A DNA stretch of 45,346 nt from NCBI GenBank assembly GCA_947565325.1, contig CANOFQ010000001.1:1-45346 (forward strand), read 5' to 3'. This stretch comes from an uncultured bacterium (GTDB lineage: Bacteria > Bacillota > Clostridia > Lachnospirales > Lachnospiraceae). This document shows, in pieces, positions 19,461-30,412 of the stretch (its first letter is position 1; every line of letters starts with the position of its first letter). Below the pieces are notes generated by a model. The model had not been told where the DNA came from. It did not search any database and worked only from the letters and a program-made list of their open reading frames with translations. Made by a program: the position numbers and the translations under genes.

Positions 19461-20882
19461 TCAGGCGCCTTTCCTCCGAAACCGGGCCAGGAAAAAGCCG
19501 TCCGCTTCCATATAGCCGGGCAGAAGCTGCAGGCAGGCCCCGTACTCCCGCTCAGAAAGCCCTCTGGCAGGATCCCTTCCCGCACTTCTCATGTCCTCCT
19601 CCAGACGCCGCCTCTCCGCAAACAGCCTCTCCGGAAGAATGCCCTCCAGCGGAACCGGCTCGAATCCCAGATCCTGCGTGATATGCCGAACCATAGCCTC
19701 GTTCTCTCCGGAATGGATGGTGCAGGTGCTGTAGACCAGCGTCCCGCCGGGCTTCACATATCCTGCGGATGCGTTCACGATCCTCCTCTGAAGTCCCATG
19801 AGCTCATGCATTCCCTCTTTTGTCACATGATACTTGATATCCCTTTTCTTTCCCATGACTCCCAGTCCCGAGCAGGGCACGTCCAGAAGCACCACGTCGG
19901 CCCTGTCCTTAAGCTCCTCATCCCTGCAGGCGGCATCGTGAACCTCGCAGCAGACATTTCCTGCGCCCATCCGGCTTACATTCTCCCGGATCAGCGACAC
20001 CTTCTCCTCCGAGATATCCCGGGAAAGCACACGGCCCGCCTTCTCTGCGGCATGGATGCTCTTTCCTCCCGGCGCCCCGCAGACATCGATCACGAAATCT
20101 CCTTTCCTGATCCCGGCAGCCTCCACCGCCAGTGCGGAGCTTACATCCTGCACTATGAGTCTGCCCTCCTGAAAGCCCGGCAATACATGCGGCCCTCCTG
20201 CCCCGTGCTCCAAAAGATACAGGTTCGGCAGATAGGGCCCTGCCGTCACCCTCGCCCCCTGCTCTTCCATACGGCACAGCAGCTCCGTCTTCTCCGCTTC
20301 CGCCGTGCAGGCCGCAAACCGCAGAGACACCGGATGAACCTCCATGAGCCCCCCAAGAATCGCAGTGGCGACATCTCTGCCATATTCCTCCGTCCAGAGC
20401 TCCACCAGCCATTCCGGCATGGAATATTTCACGGAAAGATAGCGCACCGGCTGTTCCCTTCGGTCAGGCATAGGAAGACTGTCCTTGTTTCTGGCAACGG
20501 TTCTGAGAATTCCGTTCACAAAGCCCTTCAGGCTGCGAAAGCCTCTTTTGGCCGCCAGCCTGCAGGCCTCGTCGCAGACGGCACTGTCAGGAACCGCATC
20601 CATGTACAGCAGCTGATAGACGCTCATCCGCAGCAGACATCTGATCAGAGGCCGCATCTCTTTCACGGGCAGCTTCGAGAAGCTGTCCAGATAATAGTCC
20701 AGCTCCAGCCGTCTCTCCAGCGTCCCCTCCGAGAGACGCTTGATGAACGCCTTGTCTCTGGGATCCAGATAGTCATATTTGTCCAGCACCGCCCGCACCA
20801 GCTTATGGGAATACTCTTTCTCCCGCTCCATCTCCAGAAGCATGTCCAGCACAAGCTCTCTTCCGTTCTCCGCCACCCTCAT
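19461..20882 (-). CDS. rsmB: 16S rRNA m5C967 methyltransferase RsmB/Sun
   Basis: NusB-like N-terminus (GFVNGILR), VQDVSS, DVCGAPGGKS, LDVPCSGLG, LVYSTCT, DGFFLA. Confidence 0.95.
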   Translation of the reverse strand: MRVAENGRELVLDMLLEMEREKEYSHKLVRAVLDKYDYLDPRDKAFIKRLSEGTLERRLELDYYLDSFSKLPVKEMRPLIRCLLRMSVYQLLYMDAVPDSAVCDEACRLAAKRGFRSLKGFVNGILRTVARNKDSLPMPDRREQPVRYLSVKYSMPEWLVELWTEEYGRDVATAILGGLMEVHPVSLRFAACTAEAEKTELLCRMEEQGARVTAGPYLPNLYLLEHGAGGPHVLPGFQEGRLIVQDVSSALAVEAAGIRKGDFVIDVCGAPGGKSIHAAEKAGRVLSRDISEEKVSLIRENVSRMGAGNVCCEVHDAACRDEELKDRADVVLLDVPCSGLGVMGKKRDIKYHVTKEGMHELMGLQRRIVNASAGYVKPGGTLVYSTCTIHSGENEAMVRHITQDLGFEPVPLEGILPERLFAERRRLEEDMRSAGRDPARGLSEREYGACLQLLPGYMEADGFFLARFRRKGA

Positions 20883-20935
20883 GTACCTCCCGAACCTATG
20901 AACAGTTCCCTGCCGAAAAGCATCTCACCTATAAA

Positions 20936-21065
20936 AGCGTTATACTTTCCAAATCATTATGCTTTCCCAAGCATGATGCCCCCAGCGCATTATGCTCCTA
21001 GAGCGTTGCGCTTCTAAAGCGTTGTGCTCACAGAACGTTATGCTCCTAAAGCGTTGCGCTCACAG
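20936..21065. repeat. Tandem array, 8 units of 16-17 bp, quasi-palindromic (consensus close to AGCGTTRYGCTCMYAR)
   Basis: Units start at 20936, 20953, 20970, 20986, 21002, 21018, 21034 and 21050, e.g. agcgttgcgcttctaa, agcgttgtgctcacag, aacgttatgctcctaa, agcgttgcgctcacag. Confidence 0.9.
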
Positions 21066-21075
21066 AGCAGCTCCA

Positions 21076-21771
21076 TCAGTCGTCCCTCCGCCGGTTCCCT
21101 CCAAACAGCAGAATCAGACGCAGCAGCTGCAGAATGGCGGAGGCCGCTGCCGCCACATAGGTCATGGCCGCCGCAGTCAGAACCTTCTTCACCCCTTTGC
21201 TTTCCTCCGTGCCGAGCAGGCCGTACTGGTCGATCTTCGCCACCGCTCTGGCGGAAGCGTTGAACTCCACCGGCAGTGTCACCAGCTGGAAGAGCACCGC
21301 CAGCGCAAAGACCCAGATACCGATCTGAATCAGCACCTGATTCCAGCTCAGCAGGACACCCACCAGAATAATGGGAAGCCCCAGCCTGCTCCCGATATTG
21401 GCCACGGGCACCAGCGCTGACCGGAAATTCAGGGGCGCATAGCCCTTTGCATGCTGGATGGCATGGCCGCACTCATGGGCCGCCACCCCCACCGCAGTCA
21501 CTGTGGGCTGGTTATAATTGTCATAGGACAGACGCACCGTGTTCGTCCGGGGATCATAGTGATCTCCGCTGCCCGAATTCAGGCACTCGATCTGCACATT
21601 GTACAGCCCCTCGTTGTTCAGGATACGCCTTGCTGCCTCCGCTCCGGTCATGCCTCCCCCATTGCGGACTCTGCTGTACTTCGCCATGGTGGAATTCACC
21701 ATGGCGCTGGCCCCCAGACACAGCAGCATGCCGATAATCACCAAAATGTACGTAGGATCCCAGTAATACAT
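21076..21771 (-). CDS. Membrane zinc metallopeptidase, YugP/Zn_peptidase_2 family
   Basis: DHYDP, VAAHECGHAIQH, TLPVEFNASARA, VLTAAAMTYVAA. Start moved to ATG 21771 (AAGGAG upstream). Confidence 0.9.
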   Translation of the reverse strand: MYYWDPTYILVIIGMLLCLGASAMVNSTMAKYSRVRNGGGMTGAEAARRILNNEGLYNVQIECLNSGSGDHYDPRTNTVRLSYDNYNQPTVTAVGVAAHECGHAIQHAKGYAPLNFRSALVPVANIGSRLGLPIILVGVLLSWNQVLIQIGIWVFALAVLFQLVTLPVEFNASARAVAKIDQYGLLGTEESKGVKKVLTAAAMTYVAAAASAILQLLRLILLFGGNRRRDD

Positions 21772-21859
21772 AAATTTGCTCCTTTCCGGCCCATGTCCCA
21801 AGCCCTGCAGGCAGTCCTCCTTCTTATGTCGGCCTGCCAGAGTCAAAAACGGCTTTTAG

Positions 21860-22798
21860 TCACTTTCCCAAAATATCCCCCCGCTGCAGCTTTGCGCCCA
21901 GCAGGAAATCGTGAACCGTCATCCTCCTCTTTCCCTCCAGCTGAAGCTCGAAGATTTTCAGGACGCCCTCCCCCGCAGCTACCGTCAGGGAGTCCCTGTC
22001 CGTCTCCAGAATCTCCCCCGGAACACTTTCCGCCCCATAGATCCGCACCGCAGGCGCCGCCCGCCAGATCTTCAGCTGCCTGCCCCGGTAGCTGGTAAAC
22101 GCACTGGGCCATGGGGTCATGGCCCGGATCTTCCGGTCTATCTTCTCTGCGCTCTCCCTGAAATCGATTCTGCCCATATCCTTCCCGATCAGAGGGGCAT
22201 AACAGCTTGCACCCTCCTCCTGCTTCTCGGGAGACAGCCTTCCCTGCTCCAGAAGCTCCAGCGCCTCCGTCACGGCGGATGCCCCCAGTGCGGTGAGCTT
22301 GCGCAGGAGCGTCTCGTAGGTGTCCTCCGGCATTATGGAAATTTTCTTCTTATATAGTATGTCCCCCGTGTCTATTCCTGCATCCATCTGCATGATGGTG
22401 ATCCCTGTCTCCCTCTCACCGTCCAGAATGGCATGCTGAACAGGGGAAGCCCCTCTGTATCTGGGCAGCAGGGAGGCATGGATGTTCAGACATCCAAAAG
22501 GAGGAATATCCAGTATCTCCTGAGACAGAATCTGCCCGAAGGCCGCCACCACATAGACATCCGCCGCAGACCTGCGCAGCTCCTCCACCGCCTGACAGTC
22601 CTTGATGCGGCGGGGCTGCATGACGGGAATCCCGTGAGCGGCGGCACACAGCTTCACCGGCGTAGGCACAAGCTCCCCGCTTCTTCCCTTAGGCCTGTCA
22701 GGCTGCGTCACCGCTGCCGTCACCTCATGCCCTGCCTGAATCAGGGCCTCCAGCGCCGCCGCCGCATATTCCGGCGTTCCCATAAACACGATTTTCAT
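21860..22798 (-). CDS. fmt: Methionyl-tRNA formyltransferase
   Basis: MKIVFMGTPEY, VTQPDRPKGR, LNIHASLLPRYRGASP, MDAGIDTGD, IRAMTPWP. Confidence 0.96.
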   Translation of the reverse strand: MKIVFMGTPEYAAAALEALIQAGHEVTAAVTQPDRPKGRSGELVPTPVKLCAAAHGIPVMQPRRIKDCQAVEELRRSAADVYVVAAFGQILSQEILDIPPFGCLNIHASLLPRYRGASPVQHAILDGERETGITIMQMDAGIDTGDILYKKKISIMPEDTYETLLRKLTALGASAVTEALELLEQGRLSPEKQEEGASCYAPLIGKDMGRIDFRESAEKIDRKIRAMTPWPSAFTSYRGRQLKIWRAAPAVRIYGAESVPGEILETDRDSLTVAAGEGVLKIFELQLEGKRRMTVHDFLLGAKLQRGDILGK

Positions 22799-22923
22799 AA
22801 GCTGCACCATCCTCTCATCCGCTTTCATGCGAACCGCTTACCCGTCCTCATATTCCAAAGCCGCTGCGGCTTCTCCTGCTCCTTGTGCGGAAAGCCCCAG
22901 CGCCCATGATCCGGCCTTTTCTC

Positions 22924-23412
22924 CTATTCGCCTTCTTCCTCTTCCTCGTCGTCTGCCGTATCCATCAGGCTCCCCTCCACCTTTTCCACGTAGAGGCGCC
23001 CCTCCAGATGGTCGAGCTCATGGCAGATGGCCCTGGCCAGAAGCTCCGTCCCCTCCAGCTCGTATTCCTTCATATCTACATCCTGCGCCGCCACCTTCAC
23101 ATAGCTGGGGCGGGTGACCACTCCGGTCTTTCCCGGAACGCTCAGACAGCCCTCGTTCCCGGTCTGCTCCCCCTGCGTCTCCAGAATCCTGGGATTGATC
23201 AGAATATGAGGGTCCTCCCCCGTGGTGTCAATGACCACGATCCGCTTGAGTATTCCTACCTGAGGTGCCGCGAGCCCCACCCCGTTGGCCTCATACATGG
23301 TGTCCAGCATGTCTGCGATCAGTTCCCTGAGCCGGGGCGTCATCTCGCTGACTGCCTTGCATTTCTTCGTAAGTATCTCATCTCCTATTTCCCGTATGTT
23401 CCTGATTGCCAT
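22924..23412 (-). CDS. def: Peptide deformylase
   Basis: [25 protein letters not shown]. Start moved to ATG 23412 (AGGAGG upstream). Confidence 0.97.
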   Translation of the reverse strand: MAIRNIREIGDEILTKKCKAVSEMTPRLRELIADMLDTMYEANGVGLAAPQVGILKRIVVIDTTGEDPHILINPRILETQGEQTGNEGCLSVPGKTGVVTRPSYVKVAAQDVDMKEYELEGTELLARAICHELDHLEGRLYVEKVEGSLMDTADDEEEEEGE

Positions 23413-23428
23413 CCTTATAATCCTCCTA

Positions 23429-23579
23429 TTCCAGTTCCGTCTCTGCACTGCAAGCGCCCTTTTCATGGAAGAATTTCCGGCCACAAAACCATCTGTCCGT
23501 AAATCCTTCCATGTGTCCTCAGACACATTGCGCTTTTCGTTCCGAGACTGTTTTCCAGTTCCGTCTCTGCACTGCAAGC
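23429..23579. repeat. Perfect 27-bp direct repeats flanking a 97-bp segment that contains a 17-bp inverted repeat
   Basis: ttccagttccgtctctgcactgcaagc at 23429-23455 and 23553-23579. Internal stem catggaagaatttccgg (23464-23480) / ccgtaaatccttccatg (23497-23513), 15/17 complementary. Confidence 0.92.
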
Positions 23580-23581
23580 CC

Positions 23582-25978
<2,397 letters not shown>

Positions 25979-26043
25979 CCTCCACCTCCTGCCGGAATCT
26001 GCACCCACAGCCCATTCGGGCTTTCCGTCCCCATGATTCTTGA

Positions 26044-26179
26044 TACTTGGAAGCCTCTGTAGCTTGCTTGTTTCCAAGTGTACAGAGACCTCCGCAATTT
26101 GCTTGTTTCCAAGTGTACAAAGGCCTCTGCAATATGCCTATTTCCAAGTGTACAGAGACCTCTGGGAGATGCTTGTTGC
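26044..26179. repeat. Tandem array, 3 full and 1 partial 35-bp units, with an inverted partial copy at the left end
   Basis: gcctctgtagcttgcttgtttccaagtgtacagag (26053), acctccgcaatttgcttgtttccaagtgtacaaag (26088), gcctctgcaatatgcctatttccaagtgtacagag (26123), partial from 26158. acttggaa at 26045-26052 is the reverse complement of the unit core ttccaagt. Confidence 0.92.
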
Positions 26180-26228
26180 AATAAGCATTTCAAAATCCAT
26201 AGGCCTTATCCTATCCATGGGCCGGAGT

Positions 26229-27851
26229 TCAGATATGCTTCAGGCCGCCCTTTAGCAGCTCCTGAATGATGACTCCCTCGTCCATGGGATACTTTTTTCC
26301 CTTGATCTCCTGATAGTCCTCATGGCCCTTCCCTGCCAGCACGATCAGATCTCCCTCCCGGGCATGGGAGATCACATAGGCGATGGCCTCTCTTCTGTCG
26401 CAGATCTCTATATATCTGCCTGCGGTTTTCTTAATTCCCGCCCTGATATCGTCGATGATGGCCTGCGGCTCCTCGAACCGGGGATTGTCGGAGGTGATGA
26501 CGGTGAAATCCGCCAGCCGCCCGCTCACCTCTCCCATCTCGAAGCGCCGATGGGGATCCCTGTTTCCGCCACAGCCAAAGAGACATACCAGCCGCTTCGG
26601 CTCATATTCCCTGAGGGAGGACAACAGGCTCTCCAGCGCCATGGCATTATGGGCATAGTCGATGAGCAGCGTGAACCGGGGGGAAATCTCCACTCTCTCG
26701 ATCCGCCCCTTCACCCTTGCGCTCTCCAGTCCCTTGCGGATCTCCTTCGGCCCCACATGAAAATGGCGGCATATGGCAATGGCACAGAGGGCGTTATAGA
26801 CGCTGAACCTGCCGGGGAAGGGCGTATGCACCTGAAAATCCATGAGCCCGGTCACATGGAAGTCCACCCCGAGCCTGCCGTGATCATGAACCAGCCGCAG
26901 ATCCTGCGCCCGCAGCATGCACTCCTCCCCCATGCCGTAGGTCTCCAGCTGACAGCTGTGTCCCTGAACGACCTGCGCCACATGGGTGTCGTCCCCGTTC
27001 ACGATACCTATGCGGCACTGCCGGAACAGACGCCCCTTGCAGGCCATGTATTCCTCAAAATTCTCATGCTCGCCGGGTGCGATATGATCCGGCTCCAGAT
27101 TTGTGAAGATGCCATAGTCGAACAGGAAGCCCTGCGTGCGGTGAAGCTTCAGCGCCTGAGAGGAGACCTCCATCACCACCGCATCCATGCCCGCCTCCGC
27201 CATCTTTGCGAAATCCTCCTGCAGTGTGTAGGATTCGGGGGTGGTGTTTTCCGCATGGATGTGGGTCTCCCCTATGATGACCTCTATGGTTCCCACCAGC
27301 CCAACCTTCAGTCCCATCTGCTCCAGGACGGACTTCACCACGTAGGAGGTGGTGGTCTTGCCCTTGGTTCCCGTGATGCCGATGACCTTCAGCTTCTCTG
27401 CGGGGTGTCCGAACCATGCGGCGGAAATGAGGGCCATGGCGTACCGGGTGTCCTCCACCTGAATGATAGCGGCTCCCTCCGAGGCTACGGTTTCCCAGTC
27501 GGCGGCTTCTGTCTTGACGGACGCCTCAATTGCAGCTCCCTCAACAGCAGATTCTCTCTCGACGGACGCCTCAATTGCGGCTCCTTCAGCAGATACTCTC
27601 TCGACGGCTTTTACGTCTGGCGTCTCTGCCCTCCCCACATTTACCCTCTTGGAGACCACCAGCGCCGCTGCCCCCTGCCTTACCGCATCAGCGGCAAAAT
27701 CATGCCCGTCGAAATTCGTACCGACAATGCATATGAAAAGGCAGCCCTGCGTCAGTTTTCTGGAATCGTAGACAACTGCGGAAATCTCCTTGTCCACATC
27801 CCCCTGCACACAGCTGTATTCCAGCCCCTCCAACAAATCCCCCAGCTTCAT
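26229..27851 (-). CDS. murE: UDP-MurNAc-L-Ala-D-Glu--meso-DAP ligase
   Basis: YDSRK, GITGTKGKTTT, NTTPE, MEVSSQAL, FTNLEPDH, VKGRIE, IDYAHN, FGCGGNRD, TSDNPR (meso-DAP specificity motif), LAGKGHEDYQ. Confidence 0.96.
   Translation of the reverse strand: MKLGDLLEGLEYSCVQGDVDKEISAVVYDSRKLTQGCLFICIVGTNFDGHDFAADAVRQGAAALVVSKRVNVGRAETPDVKAVERVSAEGAAIEASVERESAVEGAAIEASVKTEAADWETVASEGAAIIQVEDTRYAMALISAAWFGHPAEKLKVIGITGTKGKTTTSYVVKSVLEQMGLKVGLVGTIEVIIGETHIHAENTTPESYTLQEDFAKMAEAGMDAVVMEVSSQALKLHRTQGFLFDYGIFTNLEPDHIAPGEHENFEEYMACKGRLFRQCRIGIVNGDDTHVAQVVQGHSCQLETYGMGEECMLRAQDLRLVHDHGRLGVDFHVTGLMDFQVHTPFPGRFSVYNALCAIAICRHFHVGPKEIRKGLESARVKGRIERVEISPRFTLLIDYAHNAMALESLLSSLREYEPKRLVCLFGCGGNRDPHRRFEMGEVSGRLADFTVITSDNPRFEEPQAIIDDIRAGIKKTAGRYIEICDRREAIAYVISHAREGDLIVLAGKGHEDYQEIKGKKYPMDEGVIIQELLKGGLKHI
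27516..27607. repeat. In-frame tandem duplication inside murE (45 bp + 42 bp + partial)
   Basis: gacggacgcctcaattgcagctccctcaacagcagattctctctc / gacggacgcctcaattgcggctccttcagcagatactctctc / gacgg; encodes EGAAIEASV twice. Confidence 0.9.
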
Positions 27852-27974
27852 TCCCCGTTTCCTCCTATCCCGCTGGACCTTTCGGTCTGAAAGCGCCCGA
27901 TTTACGATATCTATTTTACTCCGATCTTTCCTTTTCTACCACCGTTTTTGCATGTCCCTCAGATTCTGTCCCCT

Positions 27975-28673
27975 TCATTTCTTGACCGCCCTCTCCGCCA
28001 GCTCCTTACAGAAGGCGATGGCCCTGCTCTCAAAGGAATCCTCCAAAAGCTCCTCCGCCTCCCGCTCTCCCCGGTAGACAGACAGAAACTTCTCCATGCC
28101 TGCCAGCTCCATCAGGTACCGGACATAAATTCCTCCATAGGTGTAGCCTCCCTTATTGGCGAAATCCACCCCGTCCGTCTCCCCCATAAAATCTGCGATA
28201 CGGGGATAATCGCTTTCCGACGCATTCTCCGGCTCAAGCTGCCCTGCCAGGCACACCGCCGTCCCCTCCGACAGCCAGATGGGACATCGGTCCTCCGGAC
28301 AGATTCGGTCAAACACGATATGCACAACCTCGTGCAGCATCACCCTGATCAGATATTCCCGGTATTCCTCCGACAGATTCCCCTTCGCCCCGGGGGCAAG
28401 AATGCACAGACGCCTTCTGCGGCTGTCCGCATTGCCCACCATCCAGTCCTGATAATACTCCCTTGTATACCCCGTGAAATGCAGAAAATCCTCCACTGTC
28501 CCACAGACGTACAAATCGTACGCATCCCTCTCCGGCTCCAGCCGGGCCCTTCCGCAGATATCTAAATAAAACTCCTCTATCCTGTCCGTAAGCGCCTCCG
28601 CAAAATCCTTGTCGGCTTCTCTGTAAAATACATGAAAATGTGCCACGTTCCTTCTTGTCAGCTCCTGATCCAT
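27975..28673 (-). CDS. Hypothetical protein with a gluzincin/peptidase MA-like domain
   Basis: MLHEVVH followed by PIWLSEGTA (HExxH plus downstream E); GGAGGAG RBS; no signal peptide evident. Confidence 0.7.
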   Translation of the reverse strand: MDQELTRRNVAHFHVFYREADKDFAEALTDRIEEFYLDICGRARLEPERDAYDLYVCGTVEDFLHFTGYTREYYQDWMVGNADSRRRRLCILAPGAKGNLSEEYREYLIRVMLHEVVHIVFDRICPEDRCPIWLSEGTAVCLAGQLEPENASESDYPRIADFMGETDGVDFANKGGYTYGGIYVRYLMELAGMEKFLSVYRGEREAEELLEDSFESRAIAFCKELAERAVKK

Positions 28674-28739
28674 TGCTCCTCCTGCCGAATGTTTTCTGTT
28701 CTCTCCTTATCAAAGACAGCCACGTCTTGTAATCAAATA

Positions 28740-28809
28740 CTCCGCAGCGCAGATCCGCCTGGCGCCCTGCCGTAAATCCGTCTGTCGCTCCGCAGCGCCG
28801 CCTAGGGCG
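28740..28809. repeat. Degenerate tandem repeat, about 3 units of 23-25 bp
   Basis: ctccgcagcgcagatccgcctggcg / ccctgccgtaaatccgtctgtcg / ctccgcagcgccgcctagggcg. ctccgcagcgc is exact at 28740 and 28788. Confidence 0.5.
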
Positions 28810-28819
28810 TTCCGGCCGG

Positions 28820-29806
28820 TCACAGCATGGAAGCCCGCAGCTCCGCCCCGCTCTTTGCGCTCAGGTAGGCAGGCGGAATGTCAAACACCGTCTTGCAGCC
28901 CGAGGCGCCCTCTGTGCGCAGCCGATAGGCCGCCCTTGCGTAAGTGACGATCACGCTTGCCGTGAATTCCGGATTGGAATCCAGCTTCAGGCTGTACTCG
29001 ATGAGATGCCGGTTCTCCTTTTCCCAGCCGGTGGCGCCGCTTCGCAGCACGAAGCCGCCGTGGGGGATTCTGGCATGATCCCTCCTCAGCTCCTCCTCCG
29101 AGATAAAATGTACCGTAGTGTCATACTCTGCGAAATAATTGGGCATGGTCTTGATCTCTTCCTCGATCCTCTCCCTGTCTGCCCCCTCCTCGGCCACCAC
29201 GAAGCATTCCCTTGTGTGCTTCTGGCGGACGGTCAGCTCCGGATTCTCCCCCGCCCGCACCGACGCCAGCGCACTTTCCACGGGAATCGTATACTGCCTG
29301 GCATCCTTCACTCCCTCGATCCTGCGCACTGCGTCGGAATGTCCCTGACTGACGCCCCTGCCCCAGAAGGTATAATCCTTTCCCTCCGGCAATATGGCAT
29401 TGGCATACATCCTATTCAGGGAAAACATACCCGGATCCCAGCCCACGGAAATGACGGCAACCTTTCCCCCTGCCTGCGCCGCCCGATCCACCCCTGCAAA
29501 ATGCTCCGGGATCCTTGCGTGAGTGTCAAAGCTGTCCACCACGTTGAAAAGCCTTGCGTACTCCGGCGTCTGTACCGGAAGATCCGTGGCGCTGCCCCCG
29601 CAGAGAATCAGAACGTCCAGTCTGTCCTTCCACTGTGCCGCCTCGTCCACATGGCAGACCTTTGCTTCCTCCGTCAGTATTTTCACATCGGCGGGATGCC
29701 TTCTGGTGAACACCGCCACAAGCTCCATATCCTGATTCTGCCGGACGGCGCACTCCACCCCCCGCCCCAGATTGCCATAGCCTAAAATGCCGATTCTTAT
29801 TTTCAT
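28820..29806 (-). CDS. ddh: meso-Diaminopimelate D-dehydrogenase
   Basis: IGILGYGNLGRG, LCGGSATDLP, VDSFDTH, GWDPGMFS, TFWGRGVSQGHSDAVRR, PHGG, SNPEFTA. Start moved to ATG 29806. Confidence 0.96.
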   Translation of the reverse strand: MKIRIGILGYGNLGRGVECAVRQNQDMELVAVFTRRHPADVKILTEEAKVCHVDEAAQWKDRLDVLILCGGSATDLPVQTPEYARLFNVVDSFDTHARIPEHFAGVDRAAQAGGKVAVISVGWDPGMFSLNRMYANAILPEGKDYTFWGRGVSQGHSDAVRRIEGVKDARQYTIPVESALASVRAGENPELTVRQKHTRECFVVAEEGADRERIEEEIKTMPNYFAEYDTTVHFISEEELRRDHARIPHGGFVLRSGATGWEKENRHLIEYSLKLDSNPEFTASVIVTYARAAYRLRTEGASGCKTVFDIPPAYLSAKSGAELRASML

Positions 29807-29906
29807 GATGACTCCTCTCTCGCCCGCAGCAGCAGGCCCGTCTTTCCTTCCCAAACTGGTGTGGCCCATATAGGACGACGGGCATCTTTCGCCCGACGCC
29901 CCTATC

Positions 29907-29935
29907 ATTATATACGCTCCTGCCGAATTGTGCAA
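29907..29935 (-). promoter_or_regulatory. sigmaA promoter of ddh
   Basis: Minus strand TTGCAC-17 nt-TATAAT. Confidence 0.75.
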
Positions 29936-29944
29936 GAATTTCCA

Positions 29945-30412
29945 TCAGCCCCTGCCCCGATAGATCCTGACACAGACGCCGCCCGGGATTCCCTCAACCG
30001 TATCCCACAGCGTTTCTTTCTCCCATCCCGCCAGCGCCTGACTGTCCGTGACAAGCAGAGGCCGATAAATCTCTCCCGGGCATCCCTCGTTTTCGATGAA
30101 TATGCGGCATTTCTGGCCCATGAAGTCCTCTCCCTCAAGCATGTATCTGGCGGAGAGAACCCTTTTCCCGTTCTTGTCTATCTTCTGGACATCCACTCCC
30201 TCCCCCAGAATCCGGCCATTGAAATAAGGCCCCTGAGCCGTCCCTGAGAAAGGAATCATCACGATGTCTCTGTCTTGTCCGCTGACGGAGAACGCCTCGC
30301 CGCACTGTACCTCGACTTTCAGCAGCAGCTCCGCAGTCTTCTCCTGTCCCTCTTCCGCAGCATTCTGTCGTCCTGCCCCTGCGTTTCCTTCTTGATTTTC
30401 TCTGTCTCTCAC
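29945..30412 (-). CDS. DUF3237-like protein
   Basis: MIPFSGTAQGPYFNGRILGEGVDVQ, LSARYMLEGED, IFIENEG. GTGA overlap with the GH35 stop. Confidence 0.65.
   Translation of the reverse strand: MRDRENQEGNAGAGRQNAAEEGQEKTAELLLKVEVQCGEAFSVSGQDRDIVMIPFSGTAQGPYFNGRILGEGVDVQKIDKNGKRVLSARYMLEGEDFMGQKCRIFIENEGCPGEIYRPLLVTDSQALAGWEKETLWDTVEGIPGGVCVRIYRGRG

Noticed and set aside
23429-23579. Minimal CRISPR (two 27-bp repeats)
   Set aside because: Only two repeats, a 97-bp structured interval far longer than a spacer, and no leader or cas genes.
26053-26179. CRISPR array (conserved core plus variable part)
   Set aside because: The variable parts are clearly homologous to one another, and the 35-bp period is too short for repeat plus spacer.
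29807-29905. Lysine riboswitch or T-box upstream of ddh
   Set aside because: The leader is only about 95 nt and lacks the recognisable conserved elements. Kept only as a generic structured leader.
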